Shown here piece by piece: positions 17,871-28,026 of a stretch of DNA of 46,823 nucleotides; position 1 is the first letter of the stretch, and every line of letters starts with the position of its first letter. The stretch comes from Lachnospiraceae bacterium (GTDB lineage: Bacteria > Bacillota > Clostridia > Lachnospirales > Lachnospiraceae), in assembly GCA_051888725.1 (NCBI GenBank), contig JBJFCA010000163.1, positions 1 to 46,823 on the forward strand, given 5' to 3'. Under the pieces are notes generated by a model, which saw only the letters and a list, made by a program, of their open reading frames with translations, did no database searches and was not told the origin of the DNA. The position numbers and the translations under genes were made by a program.

Positions 17871-18928
17871 TTTTTGTTCTTCCCTTTCCCCTCGGACCCG
17901 GTATTTCGTATCTTTCGGTATCCGTTCAGCAAACAGTAATACAAATAAAAACAAACCGGTGACTTCATTAACAGCCGGATCAGCTTCTGCTCTTCGGCTC
18001 CGGTCCTCTGTCTGTAATAGGAATTATCTGCAAAATCCGGCAGTGTTGCCAGCACCTTGTTCTTAAGCTCCCTCACAAAACGCAGCTTTCCTTTCATTCT
18101 GCCGCCCATACAGCCAAAAAGCGTATTCACGAAAGCAAGCTCCGTATATTTATAATCAAATTCTTCCTGAAATTCCTCATAAAAACCGTATTTTCTGCTC
18201 TTTTCCAGCAAAAGCTCCATGGCCCTGATCCGGTCATGGCATTTCTGCCCGGAAATATAGTGCACCGTGGAGGACGCATGCTGGTAATAATAATACAGGG
18301 GCTCTGCCACCCGTTCAAACCGGGTACCGTGCAGAAGCCACAGCGAAGACATACAGTTATCCTCATAAAAAATGTCCTCCGGGAACCAGAGGTCGTTCCC
18401 TGTGATGATTTCCCTGCGGTAGATCTTGACTACCATGCTGCCCGGCTGCAGGATCAGAAGCTTCTTTTTTTCATGGGTTAATACGCCTGTCTGCAGGGCT
18501 GTATTATTCTCGACCACAGTCCCGGGAGCAAAGGAATGTTCCGCCGTAAACTGGTAGTCACATCCCACGATATCCGCACCGGTTTCTTCTGCTTTCGCAA
18601 GCAGCTTTTCGAACATGTCCGGCGCAGCCCAGTCATCGCTGTCCATCATGCCGATGTACTCTCCTTTGGCCTCCCGGATCCCCCTGTTTCTGGCTCCGCC
18701 CTGATGGTGATTCTCAGGAGAGGCAATCACCTTCAGCAGCCCGGGATTTTCTTCTTTCAGTCCTGTAAGCACCGCAAGGGATTCGTCCGTGGATGCATCA
18801 TCCACCGCTATAATCTCATAAGTAATCTGCTTTTCCCTGAGGGTCTGGTGCAGAAGTGACTGTATGCAGTAAGTAAGCTTTCCGTCCGCAGCCATATTAT
18901 AGACCGGCACAATAATACTAAGCTTCAT
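17867..18928 (-). CDS. GT2 glycosyltransferase
   Basis: MKLSIIVPVYN, VDDASTD, GGARNRG, MDSDD, FYED. Start set to 18928. Confidence 0.9.
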   Translation of the reverse strand: MKLSIIVPVYNMAADGKLTYCIQSLLHQTLREKQITYEIIAVDDASTDESLAVLTGLKEENPGLLKVIASPENHHQGGARNRGIREAKGEYIGMMDSDDWAAPDMFEKLLAKAEETGADIVGCDYQFTAEHSFAPGTVVENNTALQTGVLTHEKKKLLILQPGSMVVKIYRREIITGNDLWFPEDIFYEDNCMSSLWLLHGTRFERVAEPLYYYYQHASSTVHYISGQKCHDRIRAMELLLEKSRKYGFYEEFQEEFDYKYTELAFVNTLFGCMGGRMKGKLRFVRELKNKVLATLPDFADNSYYRQRTGAEEQKLIRLLMKSPVCFYLYYCLLNGYRKIRNTGSEGKGKNKK

Positions 18929-20678
18929 CCACCTTTTCTCCCTTTTCCTGTACGATACCGCCGTTTTCCACCCGGTAAACGATCTCACAGTTTGCAATGG
19001 TCTGCAGTCTGTGGGCAATGATGACGAGCGTCTTTTTCCCATGCAGTCTGTTGATGGCATCCATAATGGCTGCCTCTGTATCATTGTCCAGGGCCGAAGT
19101 CGCTTCATCCAGAATCAGGATCTTGGGGTCCTCATACAGGGCTCTTGCAATACCGATACGCTGTCTCTGTCCTCCGGAAAGCCGGATGCCTCTTTCTCCG
19201 ATACCGGTATTCAGCCCATCCGGCAGGCTTTTTACAAATTCGTCCAGCTGGGCTTCTTTTAAGACCTCCCAGACGCGCTCTTCATCTATTTTCTCATCCG
19301 GTACTCCAAATGCCACATTCCTTAAAATGGTATCGTCCAGCATAAAGATCATCTGGGGTATATAGCCGATATTTTTAAGCCATGCACGGTAATCGTCCTC
19401 AATATCCGTCTCGTCTGCATATACATGTCCTTCTGAGGGTTTCAACAGTCCCAGCAGAATATCTACCACCGTGGTCTTCCCGGCGCCGGAAGTTCCCACG
19501 ATACCTACTGCAGCCCCGATGGGTATGGTCATATGGGCATCCTTAAAAATGTATTTCTCGGTATTGGGATAGGCATACGTAATATGGGACAGTGTGATGC
19601 TTTTTTCAACGGGAAGCTTCCGGGAAGCCTCGTTTGCAAAGGACATATCCGTATTTTCGTTGTCAATCTCATCCTGCAGGTTGTCGCTGACGCCCATGAA
19701 AAAGGGTTCAAAATAAGCCATGGAGTTGATCTGGTTGTTGATCCGGTTCACACAGGGCAGAAGCACCAGTGCTGCCGCCGCAAACGTGGTCAGCGTCTGC
19801 ATCATATCCCCGGAAGGAACCCCCTTAAGCATCATAAACAGCATGTAGCCGATCATACACATGACACAAACCGTTTCTATCACCAGCTTGGGAATGTTGT
19901 TGTAAAGACTGTATTTTTGAACGGCATCCACATAACCCCGGCCGCATTTGACATATTCGGAAACGAAATACTGTTCCTTCCCGGCAATCTTCACTTCCTT
20001 AATTCCCTGTACGGTCTGCAGGATCCATTTAAAAAGACCGCTGTAATAATTCTGATTGTCCTCTCCTGCTTTGTGCATGACAGGCTTTAACACCTTTTTA
20101 ATGACCCAGAGCAGTACAAGCAGCACGCCCGCAATCAGGATCGTCATGGCAGCATCCTGCACAAGGCAGTAAAGCACCAGGAATACAAAAATAATACCGT
20201 CTGACAAAAGCTGCAGAAGGGCAAGAATCAGGGCATACATATTGTTTACGTCGGAAGTGATGCTTCTTTGTACCACTGAAGTATCCGCATTCAGGTAAAA
20301 TTCATAATTCCTGCGCAGATAATTCTTCATCATGCGTTCGGAGGTACGGAACTGATTTTTATAGACAAAAGCATACGTACACTTCAGCTGGAAGTAAAGA
20401 AACACATTCTTCACAATAAAAATACCGATCAGGGAGCACATGACAATCACCGAAAACCGCATGGTACTGCCGCCTCCAAGCATCTGGTACAGGGTATTCA
20501 CCAGTTCGCTGTTTTCAATGGCATTGGCATCCATCACGATACTGACCACAGGCACGATCATGCCGACACCGGCTACCTGCAGCCCCGCCCCGATCACCAT
20601 CATCAGGACCAGAAAAAACATGGTGACCTTCTGCTTTTTATCCAACAGTTTATTCAGCTTTTTTAGTATCTTGCTCAT
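18918..20678 (-). CDS. ABC exporter (TMD+NBD fusion), PglK/MsbA-like lipid-linked glycan flippase
   Basis: 586 aa. Six TMs, Walker A GTSGAGKT, LSGGQRQR, ILDEATSALD and IAHRL. Embedded among glycosyltransferase genes. Confidence 0.88.
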   Translation of the reverse strand: MSKILKKLNKLLDKKQKVTMFFLVLMMVIGAGLQVAGVGMIVPVVSIVMDANAIENSELVNTLYQMLGGGSTMRFSVIVMCSLIGIFIVKNVFLYFQLKCTYAFVYKNQFRTSERMMKNYLRRNYEFYLNADTSVVQRSITSDVNNMYALILALLQLLSDGIIFVFLVLYCLVQDAAMTILIAGVLLVLLWVIKKVLKPVMHKAGEDNQNYYSGLFKWILQTVQGIKEVKIAGKEQYFVSEYVKCGRGYVDAVQKYSLYNNIPKLVIETVCVMCMIGYMLFMMLKGVPSGDMMQTLTTFAAAALVLLPCVNRINNQINSMAYFEPFFMGVSDNLQDEIDNENTDMSFANEASRKLPVEKSITLSHITYAYPNTEKYIFKDAHMTIPIGAAVGIVGTSGAGKTTVVDILLGLLKPSEGHVYADETDIEDDYRAWLKNIGYIPQMIFMLDDTILRNVAFGVPDEKIDEERVWEVLKEAQLDEFVKSLPDGLNTGIGERGIRLSGGQRQRIGIARALYEDPKILILDEATSALDNDTEAAIMDAINRLHGKKTLVIIAHRLQTIANCEIVYRVENGGIVQEKGEKVDEA

Positions 20679-20720
20679 TTTAATCTCCTTCTAAATGCCC
20701 GCTGCATGTGTACCTCAACC

Positions 20721-21812
20721 TTAAATCTGTTCATTCTGTCTGTGAATCAGCGGGTCTTCGTACCGGTCCATAAAATCGGGACCCAGGCGCACCATCTCAT
20801 CCGCAAACTGTATGGCTTTGATTTCCGTAAGGACTGCCACGACCTTCTTAAAATGCAGATCCGGGAAAAAGTTCAGAATCTCCATGGGCAGCGTGGCGTC
20901 AAACTGGGGATACTGTGCAAATAAAGTCCGGTAATCCAAAGCATCCCTCGGGTGGGGCTTAATGAAAATCGTGCCTTCTTTTTGGTACTGTTCTATGATA
21001 TCTTCAAAAATCTGTTTTCTCACATCCAGTGAGCAGAGCGGATCCGTTAAAATCAGAATCTTGTCACCTTTTTCATTGGCTTCCCTGATCTGCTCCCGTA
21101 ATTTCTTTTCATCCCGCACAAAAGCTTTAATGAGGATTTCTTTATCCTCCTTTGTCAGGGCATCTGCAAGTGCCTGTCTGGAGACCTCCACATATTTCGG
21201 GCAGGTGTGGGCAATGGCTTTTATGTCATTGACTTCCATATCTATACAGTATTTGCCGTAGCCGTTCTGCACAAAGATCAGATTCAGCCGGCTGGATAAA
21301 AAGGCCTTTAAGCCAAACATCCCCCTGTTATCGTAACGGGCCGCATCAAAATTTTTCAGACAGTTAAGCCCGTCCTCCATGGCATGATACGGAATTTTGT
21401 TCTGATTCAGATAATATCCGATGGGGTCGGAATCGCAATAGACATAAATGTCCTGATACTGCCGTAAGTCCACCGGTATGAAAGGCGCTTCCGCCTTTGC
21501 GTATTCCCTGGTAAACCGGATACGGGAGAGCATATTGAAAAAAATATTTCCCTTATCCTCCCGGTATTTTGCAAGCTGTGGAAAATAATCTTCTCTTTTT
21601 TCTTCAAAGATAAGTACTTCCTTAAAAACACCGGTACTCTCCACCCGTTCCTTCAGGTTTTCAAAATTGTTGGACATGGTGGAAAGCATCAGCGTTGCCT
21701 CTCCACGCTCCGTTTCCGGTTTTCGCAGTTCTTTTAAGTATGTGACATATACATGATAATACGTATGGCAGATATAAATCCGTCCGTTTTTTACAGGTTT
21801 TCCTTTTTTCAT
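20721..21812 (-). CDS. CpsK/Lst-like (GT52-type) nonulosonic-acid transferase, candidate pseudaminyltransferase
   Basis: YICHTYYH N-terminus, MEDG (D/E-D/E-G) and IKPHPRD (HP) sialyltransferase motifs, LPMEIL. Confidence 0.72.
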   Translation of the reverse strand: MKKGKPVKNGRIYICHTYYHVYVTYLKELRKPETERGEATLMLSTMSNNFENLKERVESTGVFKEVLIFEEKREDYFPQLAKYREDKGNIFFNMLSRIRFTREYAKAEAPFIPVDLRQYQDIYVYCDSDPIGYYLNQNKIPYHAMEDGLNCLKNFDAARYDNRGMFGLKAFLSSRLNLIFVQNGYGKYCIDMEVNDIKAIAHTCPKYVEVSRQALADALTKEDKEILIKAFVRDEKKLREQIREANEKGDKILILTDPLCSLDVRKQIFEDIIEQYQKEGTIFIKPHPRDALDYRTLFAQYPQFDATLPMEILNFFPDLHFKKVVAVLTEIKAIQFADEMVRLGPDFMDRYEDPLIHRQNEQI

Positions 21813-21866
21813 GTATCCGTGAAGCCTTTCTGTTTACCGTTCTTGTACCATTCTTTCGCCGTCCGC

Positions 21867-22853
21867 CTACAGCTTCTTTATCTTTGCATGCAGCATCCTG
21901 ACGCCTTTGGGACAGCTGCCCAAAAGCAGCAGATAAATCTTGTTCTTCCCTGTCAGGTACGGGGAAGTAACCGCATCCCACATATGCTTTCTGATATAGG
22001 AAACACATTCCCTGTAACGGCTGTTGCTTTTCTGCATCCTGACAATGGGGATATGCAAAAGATACATCAGGCGCTGGTACAATCCGAAGCGTATTGCGAC
22101 CTTTACAAGATCCGGATAGTTTTCTCTGACCACAGAGTATACCATATCCGCATTGTCCACGCAGTCCGCATACACCCTTGAAAATGCATCTTTTTCTTCT
22201 TTACGGGTGTTGCTGCCGATCCGGTAAAACACATGATACCCGTATCCTGGGATACTGTAAATACCCTGTGTTTTCTGCAGCATGTGTGTCAGCAGGAAAA
22301 AATCTTCATTCAGCACCCCAACGGGAAACTGTTCTTCCAAAAACAGTTCTCTTTTGATTAACTTCGTACAGAAAGAACAATCCCCCCTGTGGAGAAGCAG
22401 CTCACGCAGAAAATCCTTACTGCTGATAAAGACTTCTTCCGCAGGCGGCATGCAGATATCCGGCAGCTTCTCACCGGCGGCATCTATTTCATTGCGCCCG
22501 ATCTGGGCTATTTGGGCATCTGATTTTACGATTGCTGCGTAAAGCCTTTCATACATATCCGGCTCAATATAGTCGTCGCTGTCCACAAAGCCTAAGTATG
22601 CTCCCCGCGACTCCCTGATTCCCAGATTCCGTGCGGAAGAGGAACCGCCGTTTTTCTTATGAAAGACTCTGATACGCTCATCCTCTTCCCCGAGGCTGTC
22701 GCACAGCTGCCCCGTGCCGTCCGTTGACCCGTCATCCACCAGAAGAATCTCCAGATTCCGGTAGGTCTGCCGGCAGACAGACTCCACACACCTTGGCAGA
22801 CAGTCTATGATATTGTAAACCGGGATAATAACACTGATTAACGGTTCACTCAT
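21867..22853 (-). CDS. GT2 glycosyltransferase
   Basis: ISVIIPVYN, VDDGSTD, SSARNLG, FVDSDD, NED. Confidence 0.92.
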   Translation of the reverse strand: MSEPLISVIIPVYNIIDCLPRCVESVCRQTYRNLEILLVDDGSTDGTGQLCDSLGEEDERIRVFHKKNGGSSSARNLGIRESRGAYLGFVDSDDYIEPDMYERLYAAIVKSDAQIAQIGRNEIDAAGEKLPDICMPPAEEVFISSKDFLRELLLHRGDCSFCTKLIKRELFLEEQFPVGVLNEDFFLLTHMLQKTQGIYSIPGYGYHVFYRIGSNTRKEEKDAFSRVYADCVDNADMVYSVVRENYPDLVKVAIRFGLYQRLMYLLHIPIVRMQKSNSRYRECVSYIRKHMWDAVTSPYLTGKNKIYLLLLGSCPKGVRMLHAKIKKL

Positions 22854-24045
22854 ATTTTTCCTCCTGCATCCGGCGATACATCCTGCCGGGGGAAACCGGC
22901 TTTGCCGGGCTTAAGATACCATCTTTTTCCGGCAGCACCTGCCCTCTTTGCAATCCCTGTAAGAAGGGAATCAGCTTTTTTGCCGCCTCAGAAGCATTCC
23001 ATTCCAGGCTGATGGTATTGTATGCTTCCCTTCCTAAAGATTCCATCTTATCTTCATTTTGTATCAATTTTGTAAGTTTTTGATAAAAAACTTCAAAATT
23101 ACCATTGGGATAAATAAGACCGTTTCTGTCCGGCTTTATTAAAAACGGCACGGCTCCGATCCCCACACATGCCACCACCGCCATACAACTGTTCATGGCT
23201 TCGTTCAGCACAGCGCCCCAGCCTTCCCCATAATCGCTGGTAAACAAAAAAATGTCAGCCTCCTCCATCCGCTTCCTTACTTCTTCCGGTTTTTGAAAGC
23301 CTGCAAAATGCACCTCGTTTGTAAGCTCCCTCTCCCGCACCATTCGGGTAAGCTCCTCTTCCATCTCTCCGCCGCCCACCATGGTCAGGGTGAAATCATA
23401 TTGCTCCTTCTTAAGTCTTTCTGCTGCAAGAATCGCCATTTCCGGGTGTTTCCAGTCAATGAAGCGCCCGGCCCAGAGCAGGGATACCTTTCCGGTAAGA
23501 CTGCGCCTCTCCTTTTTCTTCCCAAGAAGACTGTCCACATCCTGTTTGATAAACGCAGGAAAATATCCCCATTTCAACATTTTGTGGGGATAGGCATGTA
23601 CAAGATGAAAATCACTTGCTACATAACCGCCGCAGCACAAAAGATAAACCGGTGCTTTCCGGTATCTTACGTGATCCCGGTACTTTTGCAAAAGCCCTCT
23701 CGGTGAAATTGCTTTCCACTGCCCCGTCTTGTATAGTCTTTCACTGAGTCGTACGATAATCCTGCCTTCTCTTAGTCTGTCCGCTATATAGCTTTCATCA
23801 TCCACGCCGCCGAACAGCACAATATCGCTCTCCGCAATCAGTTTCCTGCAGAAATACTCTTCTTCGTAAAAAAGATGCAGATAGGGAAGCTTTGACAGAT
23901 CCTGTGCCCATCCCATTTTCACCCGTTCTTCTTCCATGGGCTGTGTCTGTATAAAATAAAAGTTTTCACCCAGATTTTCCCGCATGGCATTACAAAAAGG
24001 AATCTGGTGATGGTTAATGTAGTTGGAAACAAAAACAACCTTCAT
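22846..24045 (-). CDS. GT4 glycosyltransferase
   Basis: WAGRFIDWKHP and EGWGAVLNEAM (EX7E). Confidence 0.9.
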   Translation of the reverse strand: MKVVFVSNYINHHQIPFCNAMRENLGENFYFIQTQPMEEERVKMGWAQDLSKLPYLHLFYEEEYFCRKLIAESDIVLFGGVDDESYIADRLREGRIIVRLSERLYKTGQWKAISPRGLLQKYRDHVRYRKAPVYLLCCGGYVASDFHLVHAYPHKMLKWGYFPAFIKQDVDSLLGKKKERRSLTGKVSLLWAGRFIDWKHPEMAILAAERLKKEQYDFTLTMVGGGEMEEELTRMVRERELTNEVHFAGFQKPEEVRKRMEEADIFLFTSDYGEGWGAVLNEAMNSCMAVVACVGIGAVPFLIKPDRNGLIYPNGNFEVFYQKLTKLIQNEDKMESLGREAYNTISLEWNASEAAKKLIPFLQGLQRGQVLPEKDGILSPAKPVSPGRMYRRMQEEKYE

Positions 24046-24052
24046 ATAGTTC

Positions 24053-25336
24053 CTATTCCTCCTTCTTTGCCATTGCCTGATAAATTTCCGTCAGCTGTCT
24101 GTAATTCGTATCCGGATCGTGTGTAAGTGCGGCACGCTCCCTCGCCTGCTCTCCCAGCTTACCGGCAAACGATGCATCTTCAAAAATCCGGCACACTGCA
24201 GCCGTCAATGCCGCCGTATCCTGATGGGGATAGAAAAGTCCCTCTTTTTCATCTGTCATAAGGCTTTCCGTTCCGCCCACCTTGGAGCTTACCACAGGCA
24301 TTCCAAGGAGCATGGCTTCTCCCACGGAATTGGGAGAGTTTTCCATGGATGAGGCTGATACAAATACATGACTTTGCAAATAGGCTTCACACATTTCTTC
24401 TGCAGAGAGCCTGCCTAAAAAGAAAACCTTGTCCTGCAGACCGCACCGGCCAATCTCATCCCGCAGATATTTTCCGTAAGAACTGATTTTTAATTTTTCC
24501 TTCAGGGTCTGAAACCGTGTAATATCGTCTCCTGCCACATAAACCGTTGTTTCCGGGAAACGGGCAAGGATTCCCGGCATAGCCCACAAAAGGTAATGCA
24601 GACCCTTCAGCGGATAGTTGCCCTGGCTGACAAAGATACGGTAAGGCGTACAGTGGGCAAACTGCCATTTATGCTTGTAAAACACGGGACGCAGGGTTTC
24701 ATTCAGCACATGATACCGGGCTTTCGGATTGATCGAACCGGATACCCTGCGGTCAAACTCTGTCCGGCCTGCCAGATGCCCTGCCCCTTTGATGGCCTCG
24801 GCCTCCTGCTGCCCCCGCATGGCAAATTTTTTCTGCTGCAGGGCAATATTGTCGCACTTTAAGAAATCCCGCAGCAAAAAGCGGTTTCGGATCCTTTCCG
24901 GCAGGTCTGCCATATAAGCTGCGGCACATTCTCCACACATGCCCTGCAGTCCGATCAGGATTTTTTCCTTACTTACGACCTTTGTCATGGCAAGGGTATG
25001 GGGATATTCCGTACCAAAGCAATGCACAATATCCGGGTTGAAATCCTGTGTGATGCTTTTCAGCCGTCCGACCAACGCTTCTTCATAACGCTCCGGATTT
25101 TTCACATCCTCCCGGAAGCCATAATAAGAGATTCCATCCGTCTCTCCAAAAAAGCGGACATCCTCTTTCCCTGTATCCATGGGAAAGCAGACCCCCAGAC
25201 AGATACCGCTTTCTTCCCTGTGCGCAAGGAGTGCACCGGATAATCCTGTCAGCCAGCCTTCTTTATTACTTGCTTCATATCCTAATTTTTGGGCAATTAT
25301 GGGAAGCATAATATTACACAGCCAGAGTACCCTCAT
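24053..25336 (-). CDS. GT4 glycosyltransferase
   Basis: YPLKG and ENSPNSVGEAMLLGMPVVSS (EX7E). Confidence 0.9.
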   Translation of the reverse strand: MRVLWLCNIMLPIIAQKLGYEASNKEGWLTGLSGALLAHREESGICLGVCFPMDTGKEDVRFFGETDGISYYGFREDVKNPERYEEALVGRLKSITQDFNPDIVHCFGTEYPHTLAMTKVVSKEKILIGLQGMCGECAAAYMADLPERIRNRFLLRDFLKCDNIALQQKKFAMRGQQEAEAIKGAGHLAGRTEFDRRVSGSINPKARYHVLNETLRPVFYKHKWQFAHCTPYRIFVSQGNYPLKGLHYLLWAMPGILARFPETTVYVAGDDITRFQTLKEKLKISSYGKYLRDEIGRCGLQDKVFFLGRLSAEEMCEAYLQSHVFVSASSMENSPNSVGEAMLLGMPVVSSKVGGTESLMTDEKEGLFYPHQDTAALTAAVCRIFEDASFAGKLGEQARERAALTHDPDTNYRQLTEIYQAMAKKEE

Positions 25337-26124
25337 TTTCTAAGTCCTGCCTTTATTTTTTCATACCACGCAGCAAAGCGCTTACTATCTGCCAGTTTTC
25401 TTCTTAAGGGTGCAAGTGTCACAAAAAGATACAGTCTGCAGATTAAAAGCTGCGGCCCGCTTAAGTATTTACGGGTGATTTCTTTGTGCTCTTCCCTGTC
25501 CCTTCGTTTATTTTCTTTGCTTTCCGAATAGCCTCCGCCCTCATAGTCCGCTACCGTAAAATGAAGGGCAAGCGTCTTCGCTTTCCGCTCCAGCACACAC
25601 CATAGGAAATGCTCGTAATCCGCACGGATTCTGTATTCGGGAAGGTACTGCCTTTCCTTAAAAAGCTTTCGCCTGTAAAAGCAGGCCTGATGGCAGGGAA
25701 TATTCCGAAAACAGACAAACGGCGTAATGCTGCCCGGTGCCACCTGCAGACTGTCCGTTTTTTCACAGTACGTATCACCGTAATAAATATCCGCCTCCGG
25801 ACTGTCCTTTATCATCTTTGCCGTACGTTTCAGAACCTCTGCATCATGAAAGCTGTCTCCGCAGTTTAAGAACAGGACAAACTCGCCTGCTGCCTCTGTC
25901 ACAGCCTGATTCATGGCATCATAAATACCGGTGTCTTTCCGGACGATCTTTCGTATTTTTTCCTTTTCGGGTAATGCATCCAAAGAACCGTCCCTGCTGC
26001 CGCCGTCTTTAATCAGGATCTCATAATCCTCAAAATCCTGTTCCAGTATACTGTCCACTGTTTTTATTAACTTTTGTCCCGGATTTAAGGATACGACCAG
26101 GATGGAAAACTGTACGTAATTCAT
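25333..26124 (-). CDS. GT2 glycosyltransferase (WfgS/WcaE-like)
   Basis: KDGGSRDGS, DTGIYDAMN, FLNCGD, HQA and ADYE. Confidence 0.9.
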   Translation of the reverse strand: MNYVQFSILVVSLNPGQKLIKTVDSILEQDFEDYEILIKDGGSRDGSLDALPEKEKIRKIVRKDTGIYDAMNQAVTEAAGEFVLFLNCGDSFHDAEVLKRTAKMIKDSPEADIYYGDTYCEKTDSLQVAPGSITPFVCFRNIPCHQACFYRRKLFKERQYLPEYRIRADYEHFLWCVLERKAKTLALHFTVADYEGGGYSESKENKRRDREEHKEITRKYLSGPQLLICRLYLFVTLAPLRRKLADSKRFAAWYEKIKAGLRK

Positions 26125-26146
26125 GTTACCTCATTTCTTTGATCAG

Positions 26147-27229
26147 CTAATCCCAGATAAAAGTGTGGTAGGGAAGAAGCCGGATACTGATATCGTATGC
26201 CTTGTACAGGTATACGGCAAAATACAGGGCAAACGCCGCCCCGATACAGATTTTGAAAAAAAGCTGTTTCTTTCTGTCCGCAATTTTGTCAAGGACTGCC
26301 GGAATCAGGAAAATGTTGCTGATACTTAAGTAATAGGCAATACGCGATACCTCCGGAATAAAGGAGCCAAAGCAGTAAATCAGCAGCGCACCCACATTAA
26401 GAAGAAAGTAAAAGGTATTTTTCTTGTTTCCTTTTATGGCCGTTTTATAAAACAGCAGTGCAAAGATTACTATGGCAGCACATTTCAAAATATTGATCAC
26501 AGACAGATTTGACCTGTCAAAGGCTGAATTCTCGTAATACGGATAGATGAGGAAAATCACTCTGCGGTAAATATCCGGCACGAGCAGTGCACTGGCACAG
26601 GCAAACGCCAGAAAAGCGGCCATCCATTTTTTCCACCGGCATGTGGCCAGAAAATACACGGGAATTACCAAAAGTACACTTTTATGAAAAAGTGCGGCAA
26701 AAAGAATCCAGCCCACAAAGGAAAACCACCGTTTGGAAATGGCGTATTTCATGGCAAACAGTGCCACCGACAGGGCAAAATAGTAACGTACCGTATTCAA
26801 ACTGTTAAAATAAAATCCCTGGGTCATAAGAAGAAACAGCGCTGCGGAAAAATCCACACTCTGGTCGTAGATTGCTTTGAGAAAGAAATAGACGGTAGCC
26901 ACGGAAAACAATGCCAGAATAATCCTGTCGCTTACCACACCGGTCCCAAACAGATACTGGATACCGGCTGTCAGCAGATTAAAGCCGACTTCTGAGGATA
27001 CATGCTGGCGCAGGGAAATCCTTTGAAACAATTTCAGGTATTCCCCGTAATCGTTGCCCACCGATACCCTGCAGGCAGAGACGCCTGCAAGTAAAAAGAA
27101 AACAGCTGCAAAAAGGATCCCGTTAAGCATCCTTTTTCTGCTGACACCGTACGGACTGTCCGCAACGCCGGTGTCGATCCCGTATGCAATTAAAACGGTA
27201 AGTCCCGTTAAGACAATATACAAGATCAT
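26147..27229 (-). CDS. EpsG-family polysaccharide polymerase (Wzy)
   Basis: 360 aa with ~10 TMs. R.SVGNDY..Y, E.GF, N.VRY and LFHKS motifs of the EpsG family. Confidence 0.82.
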   Translation of the reverse strand: MILYIVLTGLTVLIAYGIDTGVADSPYGVSRKRMLNGILFAAVFFLLAGVSACRVSVGNDYGEYLKLFQRISLRQHVSSEVGFNLLTAGIQYLFGTGVVSDRIILALFSVATVYFFLKAIYDQSVDFSAALFLLMTQGFYFNSLNTVRYYFALSVALFAMKYAISKRWFSFVGWILFAALFHKSVLLVIPVYFLATCRWKKWMAAFLAFACASALLVPDIYRRVIFLIYPYYENSAFDRSNLSVINILKCAAIVIFALLFYKTAIKGNKKNTFYFLLNVGALLIYCFGSFIPEVSRIAYYLSISNIFLIPAVLDKIADRKKQLFFKICIGAAFALYFAVYLYKAYDISIRLLPYHTFIWD

Positions 27230-28026
27230 TCTGCCTGTTCCTTTTCTTCCCTTTTTCCCTGTCTTATGCCCTGACGCATCAGGCGGAATGCTTCACCGGG
27301 AGATTTCTCCACGCAAAGCTTTTGTCTGTGGGCCAGTATAAACCTAAGCGCCATGAGAGAAGCCGCTCCTTTGTAAAGAAAATGGTACAATACCCCTCTG
27401 TCAAAGAAAAACTTGTCATGATAACCGGTAAACCAGGTGGATTCTCCGGTTTCCTCCCTGCCGATGACAGCAGGATCCGTATAGACCCTGCACCCCTTGT
27501 CCATAAGCTCCTTTATAAACAGACTGTCCTCGCCGTTACTGTATTTTGCGCCGCCTCCAAACAGCAGGGAAAAACGTACGTCAAATTTCTTCAGGCTTTC
27601 TGTCCGCAGTGCAAAGCTGACGGCGCCGTATCTCCCACAGTTATAGAAACGGACTCTCTTCTTTTTGCTGATATGATAGGTACGTCTGCTTTCGTCCACA
27701 TCCACGTTAAAAACAAACATATCCGCCCGGGGATTTTCCGCAAATGCCTGCGTGATCTTATCCACATAGTCATCTGCATAAACAATGTCCTCATCCGAAA
27801 ATAAGCAGATATCTCTATCTGCTTTTTCAATGGCATGGTTTCTGCTTCTGCCGATGCCTCTTTCCCGGTAGCTGTAACAGGCAACCCGGTGACCCTCATG
27901 AAGGAAAGTCTCTTCCCCTTCCGTATCACACTGGTTGATGATTACCGCATCGGAGGATAAATTCATTTTTTGAGCAAGCTTCTTAGGATCTGCATGCATG
28001 GCAGAGACCAGTACCTGAATTTCCAT
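27226..28026 (-). CDS. GT-A/GT2 glycosyltransferase
   Basis: QVLVSAM, IINQ, ERGIGRSRN, FSDED, GED. Confidence 0.85.
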   Translation of the reverse strand: MEIQVLVSAMHADPKKLAQKMNLSSDAVIINQCDTEGEETFLHEGHRVACYSYRERGIGRSRNHAIEKADRDICLFSDEDIVYADDYVDKITQAFAENPRADMFVFNVDVDESRRTYHISKKKRVRFYNCGRYGAVSFALRTESLKKFDVRFSLLFGGGAKYSNGEDSLFIKELMDKGCRVYTDPAVIGREETGESTWFTGYHDKFFFDRGVLYHFLYKGAASLMALRFILAHRQKLCVEKSPGEAFRLMRQGIRQGKREEKEQAE

